DNA of 64,000 nt, from contig CM052817.1 of NCBI GenBank assembly GCA_028534125.1, positions 65,970,001 through 66,034,000 of the forward strand, given 5' to 3'. Every line of letters starts with the position of its first letter. Positions within the stretch are counted from its first letter, which is position 1. The position numbers and the translations under genes were made by a program. Positions 1 through 12,481 of this stretch are shown piece by piece. Source of the DNA: Lama glama. Lineage: Eukaryota. The notes below the pieces were generated by a model. It made no database searches and was not told the origin of the DNA. It saw nothing but the letters and a program-made list of their open reading frames with translations.

Positions 1-212
1 ATTCCACGAACTCCCTCCAAGACCCTGAAAGCTGGACTCTCATTTTGGGAACCAGATGTGGGGGTTACAGATCTATGCCTTAGCTTTCTCATCTTGCACC
101 TTCCAAACCTGTATTCCTGGAGCTTTTTAAATTTTAAAACTGTCTGGTAGCTGTAGCCACAGTACCCTTTCAGTTCTGGCACTTTCCTGGACGTGTTATT
201 TCTTCCTGGCTG

Positions 213-660
213 AGAGGCAGTAGAGTGTAATGGTTAAGAACACGGACTATGAAGCTCAACTGCTCAGTCTCAGAAGTGCTGTTTGTGAGTTTTGTATATG
301 TGTGTTCCTCCTGATGGACCTTAATCAGTCAGCTGGGGCTTTTTACTTAATCATTTTCTTATTAATTCTCCCTGAATCAGCTTTGCCATCTCAAGAAAGC
401 ATGGGCTCTTCCCACCTGCTGTTCGCACTCTCCTTACACAGTCACACTCTATTTTTTACTACAGTTCTTTAGGCTTTGATCATGTTGCCCTGTAAACCTC
501 CACTTGTCTAACTCGAAAAAAATACTTAATCTTTGTAGGAAGCCTCAGACACCTCATCTATAAGGAGCTTCATAATACACCTCTTAAAAATAAGTGTTGT
601 TTCAATTAAATGAAATAATATAAGGGAGAAAAGAGCTCAGCACACTCACTGTGGCACATG
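213..660 (+). mobile_element. MIR SINE, degraded, in two pieces (about 213-290 and 520-660)
   Basis: 5' piece 'gcagtagagtgtaatggttaagaacacggact' resembles the MIR head. The later piece has core-like 'gcctcagacacctcatctataa' and tail-like 'attaaatgaaataatataa...gcacat'. Confidence 0.6.
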
Positions 661-3291
661 GAATGCCCTGACACAAGATGAAAGGGTAGCTGCGGTGGCT
701 GTTCCGGAAGTCAGCTCCCTAAGAAACGGCTTTGCCAGATTTAGATAGATGGTCTAAGGATCTGTAGTCAATGTGGACATAAATAAAACATATAAAAATT
801 GTTTTATTTTCTTCCACTTTTCCTCCAAATGCATGCTATCATATGTTGAAAGCTGTTAAGGTTGAAATCAAATACACCAGGTCTCATGCTCCACAATTTC
901 CATTTGCTACGAGCGAAAATGCCTCCAAATGGCTTTAGTGATATTACCACCCTTTTGGAGAGCAGCAGCAGCACCACGACGAGTTTCCAGTTAGTCTCAT
1001 TTTCTTTTGTAGCAAAGCTCATTTACAAGAGCACTCTGTTCCTTGGCTGTGTAATGATAGTAATGTTTTAAAAGCCAAAAGTGACTTAGTAAATAGAAGA
1101 AATGTAAGGTATTTCACCAAATGGATTTTTAAAAAAAAACTCCTCTTAGATTTCTGGAAAACTCAGTTAAGAAAAATCTTCTAAGTAGGAAAAAAGTGAG
1201 TCATCTCTTGTACTTATGGTACTCTTCAAATTTTGACAATTTAAAAGATTATTTTGTTTTTAATATTTCAAAAACTTAAGGAGAGCAATCTAATGATATT
1301 TAATTCTAAAGTCCACATAGTTATCACTAATTTGACAATTACAGGCAGTGGGAATATTAGTGCAAGGGTTTTTGCCCATCGTTGACTTTCAAGTGGTCGG
1401 CTCTATTTATGTCTGCTAGTAATAAGTGCTATTCCTAAAAGAGAATACGCAAATGAGCTGATGGGGAGAAGGATTAAGCTGATTATATGCTACCATTTCA
1501 TCAGTAAAAATGTTTGTTATAGGAGGCATATTTGGAAATGGCATTTTTAATTCTTAATTGAGCAATTATTAAAAAATATATGAACCACACAGACATGTTA
1601 GAACACACTCATTTGAAAGTTAGTTCAGAAAAAAATATCTCCTGGAAAATAATTCTGACGAATGCAATAAGCTTATTTTTTAATTCTGCCAAGATTTCCT
1701 TAATATATCTATCCTTTTCCTGTCTATCTTTCATTAAGCAGATATTCCAGAATATCTGGAAAAAAATGAATAAAACATTGAAACACATTTACTAAATGCA
1801 CTGTATTAAAGTAATAAATAAGTAACATCAAAGATTAATTTTTACTTGTGTTCAATTATACTGGGACAATGATGAAATGGAAGGCATGGAACTCAGTCTC
1901 AAGGACTTTAGGGCATACTTGAGCAGACATACATACACAAAATGGTATTAAAAATTATTGGCTTCCTGACATCAGAGTATTTCCCTCTCCATCCTGAAAC
2001 TTCTGAACACTGACTCTTGGTCAGGAAAGATGGGTTTAAGACTTAGGTCTCCCATACGGGCAAATCACTTCGTTGTCTGTTTACTATCTGTCAAATTTCT
2101 TAACAGAGGGAGGAACATATATGGTTTTTCTAAAAATAAATGTCAAATTACAGATACTTTATATTTACTTCTAGTAATGATGTTTTTAGTTTGAAATTTC
2201 AAGTTATATTAAGAAAAGGTTTAATATTGTTCTGTTTATCCAGAAGGGGCATCAATTTAAAATGTTCAAAACTTGTACTACGTTATTTCAAATTTCTATG
2301 TCAGAACAATATTCACTCAATTGAAGACTTCTCATATAGAGCTGATTATACTCCATCCGCGGTGATACAAACCAACAATTTTGTTCATCTTTGTGATATA
2401 AGTAGGGGTTACAATTACCGAAACTGACTGAAATCATAGCATCAAGAAAGTCTTTGTAGACTCTCAACATTTACATATGTGCTTGTCTCCAATTTGAACA
2501 TTCATCACGTCTCATGTTTCTTGTTTCTTCAGCATTTGACACATATCCAATTAAGTTATGCAAAAATCATGTTTTCCTAACATGTTATATATGGCGTATA
2601 GGTGAGTGATTGTGGCAAATTAACGCAGGTGTTTGGAAAACAGAGAATACCTGCTGATAACTCATGATAACTTGTGATTCATTAGTAATCATAGTTTTAA
2701 ATTTAGTTTAATTCTCATCAATTAAAAATGATGAATGCTTGTTATATATTTGAATTGCTAAAAAGACCAATCAGAATTATCAATCAACTCTTTGTCTTTT
2801 CCTTGACAAAATACAAAACAAGGCAAAACAAAACAACCCTGAATAACATGTTCATAATGTGTTTGGTAAGTTATTAAACTAGGTGATTTTTACTAGGAAA
2901 AAGTTTGTTTTATACCATCACGTAATTTCTGGTTGCATTTCCTCATTTCATTGAATTTCCCAGAAATCTCTCCATCTTCTATATTCTTTGTTTAATGTAT
3001 TTTAAACAAAATTTTAAGGTTCTTAATACATAAGCTGTCTTTAAATATGAAACTTCTTTGTTACTAGTCATGTCACAAATTGAACTACATTTTACAAAAT
3101 AACACTTGGGTTCTCCTATCATGGTTTGACACTTTTTATAGGGAGTCATAGTTCAGACAGGACAAATCATCTATAATCATAAATAATGGCTAATTTCATT
3201 ACTTTGGGATATTTTATTCAGCCTTAGTTAGCAGGTAGTAAGTACCTCCTATGTGATAGGTGCTATAGACAATTGAAAACTAGTCATTATT

Positions 3292-3629
3292 AACACTGTA
3301 TGATACCACTTATATGTGGAATCTAAAAAAAAAAAAGACACAAATTAACTTATTTACAAAACAGAAACAGACTCACAGACAGAAAACAAACTTACGGTTA
3401 CCAGGGGGAAAAGGGAGTAGAAAATTCAAAATTTGTAGATATTAATGATTACATATAAAATAAACAACAAGTTTCTACTGTACAGCACAGGGAATTACAT
3501 TCAACATCTTGTAGTAACCTATAATGAAAAAAGAACATGAAAAGGAATATACATATGCATATGTATGACTGAAACATTACGCTGTACACCAGAAATTGAC
3601 ACAACACTGTGCACTGACCATACTTCAAT
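3292..3629 (+). mobile_element. LINE-1 3' UTR fragment (5'-truncated) with target-site duplication
   Basis: Typical laurasiatherian L1 3'UTR: 'taccacttatatgtggaatctaaaa', 'acaaaacagaaacagactcacagac', 'ctgtacaccagaaattgacacaac'. Flanked by agtcattatt at 3282-3291 and 3635-3644. Confidence 0.92.
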
Positions 3630-4317
3630 GAAACAGTCATTATTCTTTCAAACTTATATAAATGTGAAATAATTAAAGCATAATATATGATTTTATACTA
3701 AAGGAATATAAATACAATTAATTCCCTTAAGAAATATAAAGTATCCTTGGGATATAAGACTTACACATATGAGTAGGGACAAACGGGGCTTCTAACTGAT
3801 TAACTGTTACAGATTTGACCTTTCAGCAACAAGAAGACATTCTGACTTTTGACCAAGGGCTTCACTCTGTGGCCTCTGGACGTATGAAATGTGAATGGCT
3901 AAAAAAGTTTCAGAGGGGTCTAGTCCCAAGACTCCCTAACACTTCAAATGTCTCAGAACTAGAGAAAGGAGTAAAATTGGACTCCACTCTCTGTGTCCTA
4001 CAGCTGTTTCCTGGTAAGTGGTTAGAAGCTAAAAAAATGCGGCTTGAAATATTTCCTGAGGCAGGCATGGCCAGTATGTCCTTTCCTTCTGTTTCATGAA
4101 TAAGTAATTTTCCTCTCGGCAGTGCTAAGTTATCCTGGCCATTTTCAAACTTTCCTTTGCTTAGAGTAAGACCATGCAAAGACTAGCGTGGCTGAGCTCA
4201 CACGTTGTCTTCAAATGTGTTCTGCAGAGCCAAAGGGTACGTGAGGATTGTTAGGGGTCATTATTACAACAAGCTCTAATTTTATCATTTTTATCCCTTC
4301 AAGGTCCATGAAAGGTT

Positions 4318-4367
4318 TCTCTCTCTCTCTCTCTCTCGCACGCTCTCGCTCTCTGTGTTTGTGTGTT
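4318..4367. repeat. (CT)n microsatellite grading into (TG)n
   Basis: tctctctctctctctctctc gcacgctctcgctctct gtgtttgtgtgt. Confidence 0.85.
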
Positions 4368-5127
4368 GGGGTAAAGGTTAAAGGTGGATTCTGCTGCTTA
4401 AAACTTGTTTATGAATACTACTGATACAGACAGAAGTCTTACAGAAAATCAGAAATTATGGGAATGAAGACTGGCTGATGTTATAAAATAAGACTTCACT
4501 GAAAGGAAGTAGGAAGTGACTTGCAATGTTGCTAAAATTTTTAATAAACTGAGAATAAGAGAAAGAGATCTTTAGGTTGGAAGGTACAAATGAACCAGAA
4601 TAAGAAGATTGAAAAAAAAACCTACTGGATTGATTAAAAGGTGTATGTGAAACAACAAGAGATTAGAGAAGAAAGATGCCATTAGATTTTGAAGAGACTT
4701 GGATTTCAGTATGAGATGTTTTATGGAGAAGGAGAACAGTTCCAAGTCATGTAAGAAGATAAATCTGGCAGCTGCATAGAGAATTCAATGGTGTAGGAAA
4801 ACTGAAAGCAAGGTTGATTCCAATTAGAGGTTCACTATAATAATACAGTCACCGGACAATGGGGTCTGGTATTACAAAGGTGGCAGTGTGAAAAGGTAAC
4901 AGGGGCCAAACAGAAAGTTCTTCTACTTTTGCATGAACCATTGTAAATGAAATGAGTGAAGCCATTCATTTGTACTTTGATTCAATAAAAATCAAAGCCT
5001 CAACATTGCTACAATATCCCATCCTGTTAGACCAGAATGTAACAGAACAAGTTAGACATAATCAATGCTCCCATGCATCTAATGAGGGACACTGAACTTA
5101 GTCAGTAATAACATTGGAGCAAAAGCC

Positions 5128-5220
5128 ATGAAGGCAGAGATTTTCTCCTTTGTTCACTGTTATATTCCTAGTGCCTAGGACAGTGCTCCTCAGTAAAGAT
5201 CTCCTGAATGGATGGATGAA
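5128..5220 (+). mobile_element. L2 3' terminal fragment
   Basis: 'atgaaggcagaga...tttgttcactgttatattcctagtgcctaggacagtgc...tgaatggatggatgaa' matches the L2 tail. Confidence 0.75.
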
Positions 5221-8200
5221 CAGGGCAATGGGCACGGTAGACCCGGTGAAGTTTCCTGAAGAATGCACTCCTCATGCCGAAACCTGGAGAAGGAAGAGGG
5301 GTTAGTCACAGCATGGCTGGGATGTGACTCACAGTAGAAGAAGCAACTTGTGGCAAATTTCAGCCAGTCAAAGAGCTGTAAACCTGGAGTTGAGGTAACG
5401 AATGAAAAGAGATGAAGCTGTAAAAATTAACAAGGGCCAGAGAATAAGAGTTCTGTCATCCAAGTTATGAGGTTTGAACTTCATCCACCCAAAGAGGAGC
5501 CATTGAAGGAATCTGGGCAAGAGAGAGCTATTCTAACTGACCTCTGGTGAGTCACTCCACCTCTCTAAGCCTCAAGTGCCTAGTGCACAGAGCAAGGACG
5601 ATGATGTGGATGAGGAGGTCGCTGCAGTAACTGGCACAGGCCAGTAACTCAGGGTAGGGTAAGCACCCTCTCTCTGTGATACCCCAGCTCTCTTCAGCTC
5701 CACCTGATGGAAGCTCCCCCCACCCCACCCCCACTCCTCAATAAATGACTACAATAATACTTCCAAGTTAAAATATCAGAAGCATCAGTCTGGATAAAGA
5801 GTTCTGTATATCTTATATTAAAAGCTACCTTCTTTTATTTAATGCTAGGTAATGGGTAGCTGGCGTTCCCAGCTTTACATCTGGGGATGTAACGTGCAAG
5901 CAAGGCCATGCTGCTTTCTTGTTCTCCTCTTTTCCCACAACATGACTGAATCAGAAAAAAAATAACTGCAGAAATATTTAAAATAGAAATTACGTATGAA
6001 TAAATTATACAGGAATTACTATTTTGGTGTTGAGTTGCATTGTTTTTATTTCCATGCTTTTGAACTTCCATCATTTATAAAGGCCCTTAACTGACATTCA
6101 TTATTAAAGTAGTTAAACATTCACATGCTTCTGAATTATTAATTGATGCACACAATGCTGTCCACTGTTTGTACATACTATGTATTTAAAATGAAACAAA
6201 GCTTCAAAGATAGCAATGAAGTCTAAATCTTATCAGCACAGAAGTGGGAGAGTATATGACACCACAGAAACTTTAAGCCACATGAAGGAGCTGCTCCTAA
6301 GATCTTGCAAAATCCTGTATTCCACAAATATTACTAAGCATGTTATTTTCCCATAAAGTCAGTAAGCACTGACTTCAGGCATAAATGAATCTGGGCTTAA
6401 ACGAAGCCTCCCCAAGTTTCACTCTCACATCAGCTTCTCTCTGCACATGGGTCTTATTTTCTGCAACTGAAGTTAAGCCTTACTCCAAGCATCCTCTAAA
6501 TCGCACCCTGTCAGCATGCTGACTTAAGAAGGGGATCCACCAACCCAGCAAAACTGAGCCCTGGAGTCCTGCATCATGTGCCCCCTCCCATTAATAAAGT
6601 CTATCATCAAAAGGAATGGGGGTGGGAAAAATATTCCAGCATTCTAGGCAACCACAAACTCGGGTTTGTGCATTAAAAAAAAGATTAAAATTCTTCTATT
6701 TTGGTTTAACTCAAAAATCATCTCAGTAGGCTTCTGAGTGCCTTTGGTCGAGTTCTAAGTTCTCATTTGAGCAATGTTAGCAAGAACTGGAAAACTCACT
6801 GAAATAGTGAAATGTTCACTTTATCTGGTATGTGCCCAGAACTTCCGATGGACTTACTTATAGTGAAGACCCAAATCCCTGAGGGGTATGGCATTCTATT
6901 CTTTAGTCTGTCTAAAGCCTTTCTCTCTGGCTCCAAGTCATCACCTCATCACTTCTTACTTTCATCGGAATTGGCTGTCTTTTCACGGACATCTTTTTTT
7001 CGTTAAAAAAATATATACACATACTAGACATACACACACAGATATGCAGATAAACACACACAGTACTTAAAAAAGAAAGAAGCTGAAATGAAATTCAGAT
7101 GCTGAGGTCTATGAGCCTAGTGCAGAAGCTAAATTAATACACGAGATGAACTGCTATGAAAGGTCAAGTCTAGAATGTGCGAACTGTGACTGCCAAGACT
7201 CTGCTCTTCTCCTCCCGTATCCGATGATGTCTCAAATATGGGGAAAACATTTTAAGTACCATGACTCATGTCTCTGAAGATGGCAGCAAGTTTCATACAA
7301 AGATCAAGTGTTAGAAAGGCATGGAAACCTGGAGACGAAACAACGACATAAAAACCCACTTAGCAGATGATCTAATCTTCGTTGATTCAAATTCCTGTAA
7401 GGATTAGACAATTCTAGGTTAAGCACACTTTCCATATTTCTCCTTCTTCAGTTGTCACTAACATGGTATTTACAAAAGACTTTTGGACTAACATACAAAA
7501 GGGATGAGTTTCTCAGCATTTCAGTCACATTGCTTCTTACTTGCATTCAGAATCCTATATTTGGGAAATCAAGACTGGTTACACTGGAAATAAGGATGGT
7601 ACAGACAGACAAATGATCATGATAAACCTCCAATTATGATGCACCTTTTATTCACAGTATGTTTAAACCTTTCACACACCTAACCAACTCATACTTATCT
7701 GCCAGTGAAGCTCTCAAGAGCAGACAATGCCTAATGACCACACAGAGCAAATTCTTAGTTAAGTATTTTCATCCAGAAAACACATTCTCTTCCCCAGGAG
7801 GCTTCAGACACATCTTACATAAGCAAAATCTAACTGTGTGTGTTGGAAATTGGCCAGGCAATTGACATCTACAATGCTGCTTTTATGAAGGCTGTTAAAA
7901 CTATATTAACACTTCCAAGTTGTCAAGATGTTATTTATTCCACATTTGAGCAAAGGCACTACCACAAGTGAACAGGAGCCTCGGTGCCACCTTCTGGTTT
8001 ATAGCTGATATCTAAGTAGGTTCAGTACCGCAGGCCCTCTAGGATGTGCATCCAAATTTGCCCCGGAGGAAGTGAAATCTTATTTTCCCTTATCTTAGCC
8101 CAGAGGTTTAATCTCGGCTGTATCATTCATTCACAGAAACTCCTAGTATCTACTAACTGGTCAAATCTGAAAACATCACCTGTTCTTAAAGCGCACATCC

Positions 8201-8276
8201 CACCCTCCCCCCATCACTGTCCTCTACTTGCTTCTGGGACACCTGGGTTTTCTGTTTTGAACTCTGTTACTAGACA

Positions 8277-8692
8277 TAATGAGTTGAATAGTGTCCCTCC
8301 CAAATTATGTTGATATTCTAACCCTTGGTACCTATGAATGCAACTTTATTTGGAAATAGGGTTTTTGCAGATGTAGTCCGGTTAGTATGAAGTCATACTC
8401 CGTTGGGGTGAGCCCCAATCCAACGTAACTGGTGTCCTTATAAGAAGAGGAACATTTGGACAGAGACACAGAAGCCACGCAAGGACAGAGGCAGAGATGG
8501 GAGTCACGATGCCACAAGCCAAGGAAGGCCTGGGGCTACCAGAAGCTGGAAGCGACAGGCAAAGGACCTCTCTTAGAGGTTCTAGATGGCCCTGCCAGCA
8601 CCCTGATTTCAGACTGCTAGCCTCCAGAGCTGTGAAACAAAATTCTGTTGTTTTAGTAGAACTCTGTTACGGCAGCCCTAGGAAATAACCCA
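8277..8692 (+). mobile_element. MaLR solo LTR, MLT1B/C-like
   Basis: 'gagttgaatagtgtccctcccaaa', 'ttatttggaaatagggtttttgcagatgta', 'ggtgtccttataagaagagga', 'ccacaagccaaggaa', and ending 'gttacggcagccctaggaaa'. Confidence 0.9.
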
Positions 8693-8722
8693 TTAGAATT
8701 ATTACTCGGTGATTTGAGTTCT

Positions 8723-8845
8723 ACTCACTCACACACACACGGACACACACACGTGCACATACACACGCACAATACACATACACACGCACACACACACACA
8801 CTCACATGCACACACACTCACACATAGACATGCACACACACACAA
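8723..8845. repeat. Imperfect (CA)n microsatellite
   Basis: About 120 bp of interrupted cacacaca repeats. Confidence 0.92.
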
Positions 8846-9673
8846 ACGGACATTTTGAGTCCTTAAAATACGTCAAATATTTCTAAGCATTTTATATACT
8901 TAAATTCAATTAATCCTCAAATAATCAGGGGAGGAGGGTGCAATCATTAATCATCATTTTCCCAATGGGGATTGGAGGAAGGGTAAGCAACCTGTCCGTG
9001 CTGGTAAGCGACGCAGGATAAGGGGAGCCGGGGTTCATAATCCCTGCCGTGGGCAGGTCCTGGAACGTGCAGTTGACTACAGACTCAACGTTTCTGACGT
9101 CTGTGCTGAAACTGCTAATGCAACAGTTCTTGTTTGCAACGGTTCACTCTTAAATCCTTGTTTTTAAACACAAAGCAACAAAGCAGAATACCCTAAATGG
9201 ACATGGTGAACACTTAGTTAGGCCTTAAAAGCATGTTTTACAAGAAAAACAGTGGCAATTTGGTCCAGGAAACAAAACAGATTGGCACCTGATGACGGTT
9301 CCCAAGTGCCTGAGGGGCTTTCGTGGATGAGACCTCTGTCTTACTCTCTCTGGGTTTTGGAGGGCAGGATAAAGGCAAACGCATGCGGGGAAGTGAAAAG
9401 GAGGCCTATTTGTCTGACTACAGCCAAGATTCATTTCTAATAAGAAAACCATTCAGAATGGAGATGCTGGTGCTGTCGCCCTAGAAATATTTAAGCCAAG
9501 TACGAGGCACCAAGTTGCTACTGTTATTTCATCATATCCCTGGGTCCTTCCTTTATTTTCTTCTTTTTGATGAACGACTCTTTTCACTCGGGGCAGCTTA
9601 CTTTGGGTAAACAGCTTGAACTCTGGTTCAAACGGCAGCTACCATTAACCAATTATTAGTTTCCCAACCACTA

Positions 9674-10129
9674 CAGATCTTCCTCAATTTACAACCGGGT
9701 TATATCCTGGTAAACCTGCTGAACATCATTAGCTTTAGCCCTGCCGGCCTTAAACATGCCCAGAACACTTAGATGAACCTATGGTTGGGCAAATCATCTA
9801 ACACAAAGCCTATTTTATAAAGAAGTGTTGATGAGCTCATGTAATCTACTGAATACTGCACTGAAAGTGAAAAAACAGAATGGCCGTATGAGTGCGGAGT
9901 GGGTGTTGAAGTATCGGTGGTCCTCCCTTCTGATCAGGTGGCTGATCGGGGCTGTGGTTTGCTGCGACCGCCCAGCATCAGGAGAGAGTATTACGCACAT
10001 CCAGCAGCTCAGAAAAACATCAAATCTCAAAATTAGAAGTATGGTTTCTACCAAATACCCCAATATGTATCATTTTCTCACCATTGTAAAGTTAAAAAAA
10101 AATCATCATTGTCAGTGGAGGGCTGCCTG
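9674..10129 (+). mobile_element. Tigger5/MER47-type non-autonomous DNA transposon (TcMar-Tigger), inserted in an older MIR
   Basis: Starts TA|cagatcttcctcaatttac. Contains 'gggcaaatcatctaacacaaagcctattttataa' and 'ctgaaagtgaaaaaacagaatgg'. Ends 'gtcagtggagggctgcctg|tg'. MIR-like sequence continues on both sides. Confidence 0.88.
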
Positions 10130-10244
10130 TGTTAGTTTTCTGAGCTGCTGGGCTCACCACTTCAACACTTTCATCTGTGGAGCTGAAAGAGTATCTCACC
10201 TTGCTGGGCTGTCTGAGGATTAAAAAGCATGTTGCATGGTGTCA

Positions 10245-11135
10245 CTGTAATATTTCAATGACCTTAAGATACCACTGATTGTAAGGAACACCAATATTTT
10301 AAGTATTATTAAATTTAAAAATGAAATGTTTTCTTATCACTTAAAAATCTCTGTTTTATACTTTATAAGAGAAATACATTTTTTTAATGGAGGTGCAGGG
10401 GATTGAGCCCAGGACCTCGGGCCACCTAAGCATGTACCCTACCACTGGGCTATTTCCCTCCCTCCATAAGAGAAATATTGATTATCATATTCCTAAATCT
10501 TCCTCCCATTTAGTTTGACTCATCAGAATCTATTTTAACGTCAGAGTCATCAACGTTTTTTCACCAAATATCATCATCTATGTTATCAAAAGTGTTCACA
10601 ATGCAGTGTTTTTAAAAGCATGCTCCAGTATTATGACCAGAATTTTGTTTCTGAACTTTCTTGCTTGGTGTATGACAGGCAATCGTCTGCTTGTATGCTG
10701 GTAAGAAAATATAACGAGCTTCAGCACATTATGGTAAGCTTTATTTTTCAGGTCCTATAAAGCACATGGTTTTTGCTTTGCGTGAAAATAGGAAATTACA
10801 GACAGTCCTCCAACAGTGAATATTCTCTTCTCTAATGAATGGGCCTCACTGTCCTGTTTCTGTGCCTTTCCACGTGATAACATTTAGATTCAACATCAAA
10901 TAATATTTTTGAACACAGTGTAAAGAGCAGTTAAACTTCTGTGCAGTTCCAACAACGCATGTAACTCGGAGACAACAATATGAGCAGCTACAACCAAGTC
11001 CCCACCTGAGCAGGCAGTGACAACTGTATCAGGACTACTGTCTGACTGTTGTTTCACTAGCGACTGTGAGACTCAGGCCAATTTCAGAGAAATTAGAATA
11101 TGAAAAGAGTGCATTTGAGAATTGATGAAATACGG
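10245..11135 (-). mobile_element. Kanga-like TcMar-Tc2 DNA transposon with internally deleted transposase remnants
   Basis: Degenerate TIRs: 'ctgtaatatttcaatgaccttaagat' and 'gagaattgatgaaatacgg|ta'. The minus strand at about 10566-10626 reads EHAFKKHCIVNTFDNIDDDIW, like the pogo/Tc2 C-terminal 'SFKKCCI.N.LDG.EDD..W' motif. Confidence 0.82.
10377..10465 (-). mobile_element. tRNA-derived camelid-type SINE (vic-1-like) nested in the Kanga element
   Basis: Minus strand reads 'ggagggagggaaatagcccagtggtagggtacatgcttaggtggcccgaggtccctgggctcaatcccctgcacctccattaaaaaaa' (A/B boxes). Perfect 12-bp TSD ataagagaaata at 10365-10376 and 10466-10477. Confidence 0.92.
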
Positions 11136-12249
11136 TATTGACGGATTACTGTGCTGTAGTTTTCCTCAACTGTAATAACACGCACTCCTGTGTCTACATA
11201 AAAGGGAGAGTCAATAAAGGTTTGTGTTATGGAGCAGAGGCTGGAAGGCATAGCACAGAGGGGACTTTTCTACTATTGTCTAGAGTGGAGGGTTGCCAAG
11301 TTACTTTCTGAACCAATGATTCTTCCATCCCCAAGCAATGAAAAAGGCAAGATGGGGAAGGGGTGGGGGGATTTGATGGAGATATCATGCCTTGAAATGC
11401 AACTAAAAGAACACATCAAATAAGGAATCGCAGAGCTGGTTGTCCCTGCGGCTGAGGAGAGGTTTGCTGTTCTCAGGCAACGTGACCAGCTGCTGTGACA
11501 CACGCAGAGACATGTCTGCTCTCTCCCAGGTGCGTTGTCTCCACAGCTCTCTGTGGACTGGATCACCTCAGAGCCACCGAACCAAACCAAGGGCTGGGTC
11601 TCCCCACAGCAGGGGTAGGCTGAAGCCCCGTGGAGGGGCTGGATCACCACTGTCTCTGGCTGAGGTGCCTGCCTGTGTACAATTTTTTCTTTTCATCGTT
11701 GCTGATCTTATTCTTTTCGGAGGCTCATGATCCCACATTAGTTTCAATTGTTGATGTAGTGCTGTCCCCTCCCTTCCCTCCCTCCCCCCGCCACTTCTCT
11801 CCACCTAAATGTGTCGTAAGAACAAGAGCCATTTACTACTCTCCACGGGCTGAGAGCATGCATGTATAAATTTGGGAAGCTCATTATAACTCACAGCTGT
11901 CAGTCCTCAAAGGGAAAAAAAAAAAACCTCCCACAAAACAAAACAAATAAAAAAACTTAAACCAGCATGGACTTTGTCTCCATTATTCTGTGTTATATAA
12001 AACAGATCATTGATAAGGGAGCAATTGTATTTCCACTTCTGTGAAGTTGAGATCTTCCTAATCTTCTTACAGCATAGCCTCCACCCTGTTCCTTCTCTGC
12101 GCAAAAATAATTACTGGTTGCCTTTTGCCTAAATGACAAACTCCCAATTTCCTACCACGGCACTGCCATATCCTTTCTTCTCAGTACAGTCTGGGGTTCT
12201 CTCTCGCCCCTCCAGCCTCACCTCCAGTCAGTCCCTTTGAGAAGCTGGT

Positions 12250-12481
12250 GTTGGAGTTAAGCATGTGAGCTCTAGCATTTATCAGACCTGAATCAAATTT
12301 TGGCTTTACCGCCATTAAATGCATAACTTTTGGATAAGTACCTAAACCCCAGTGGACGTCAGAGTTCTCATCTCTAAGATGGGGGTGAGACACCTACTCA
12401 CCGGCTTACTGTGTGATATTATATTTAATCACTCCGCACACTATCTGACACACAGTTAATGCAAATAAACGGTAACTGTTA
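12250..12481 (+). mobile_element. MIR SINE, near full length
   Basis: 'gttaagcatgtgagctctag...cagacctgaatcaaat...ggataagtacctaaacc...gagttctcatctctaagatgggg...acacagttaatgcaaataaacggtaactgtta'. Confidence 0.85.
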
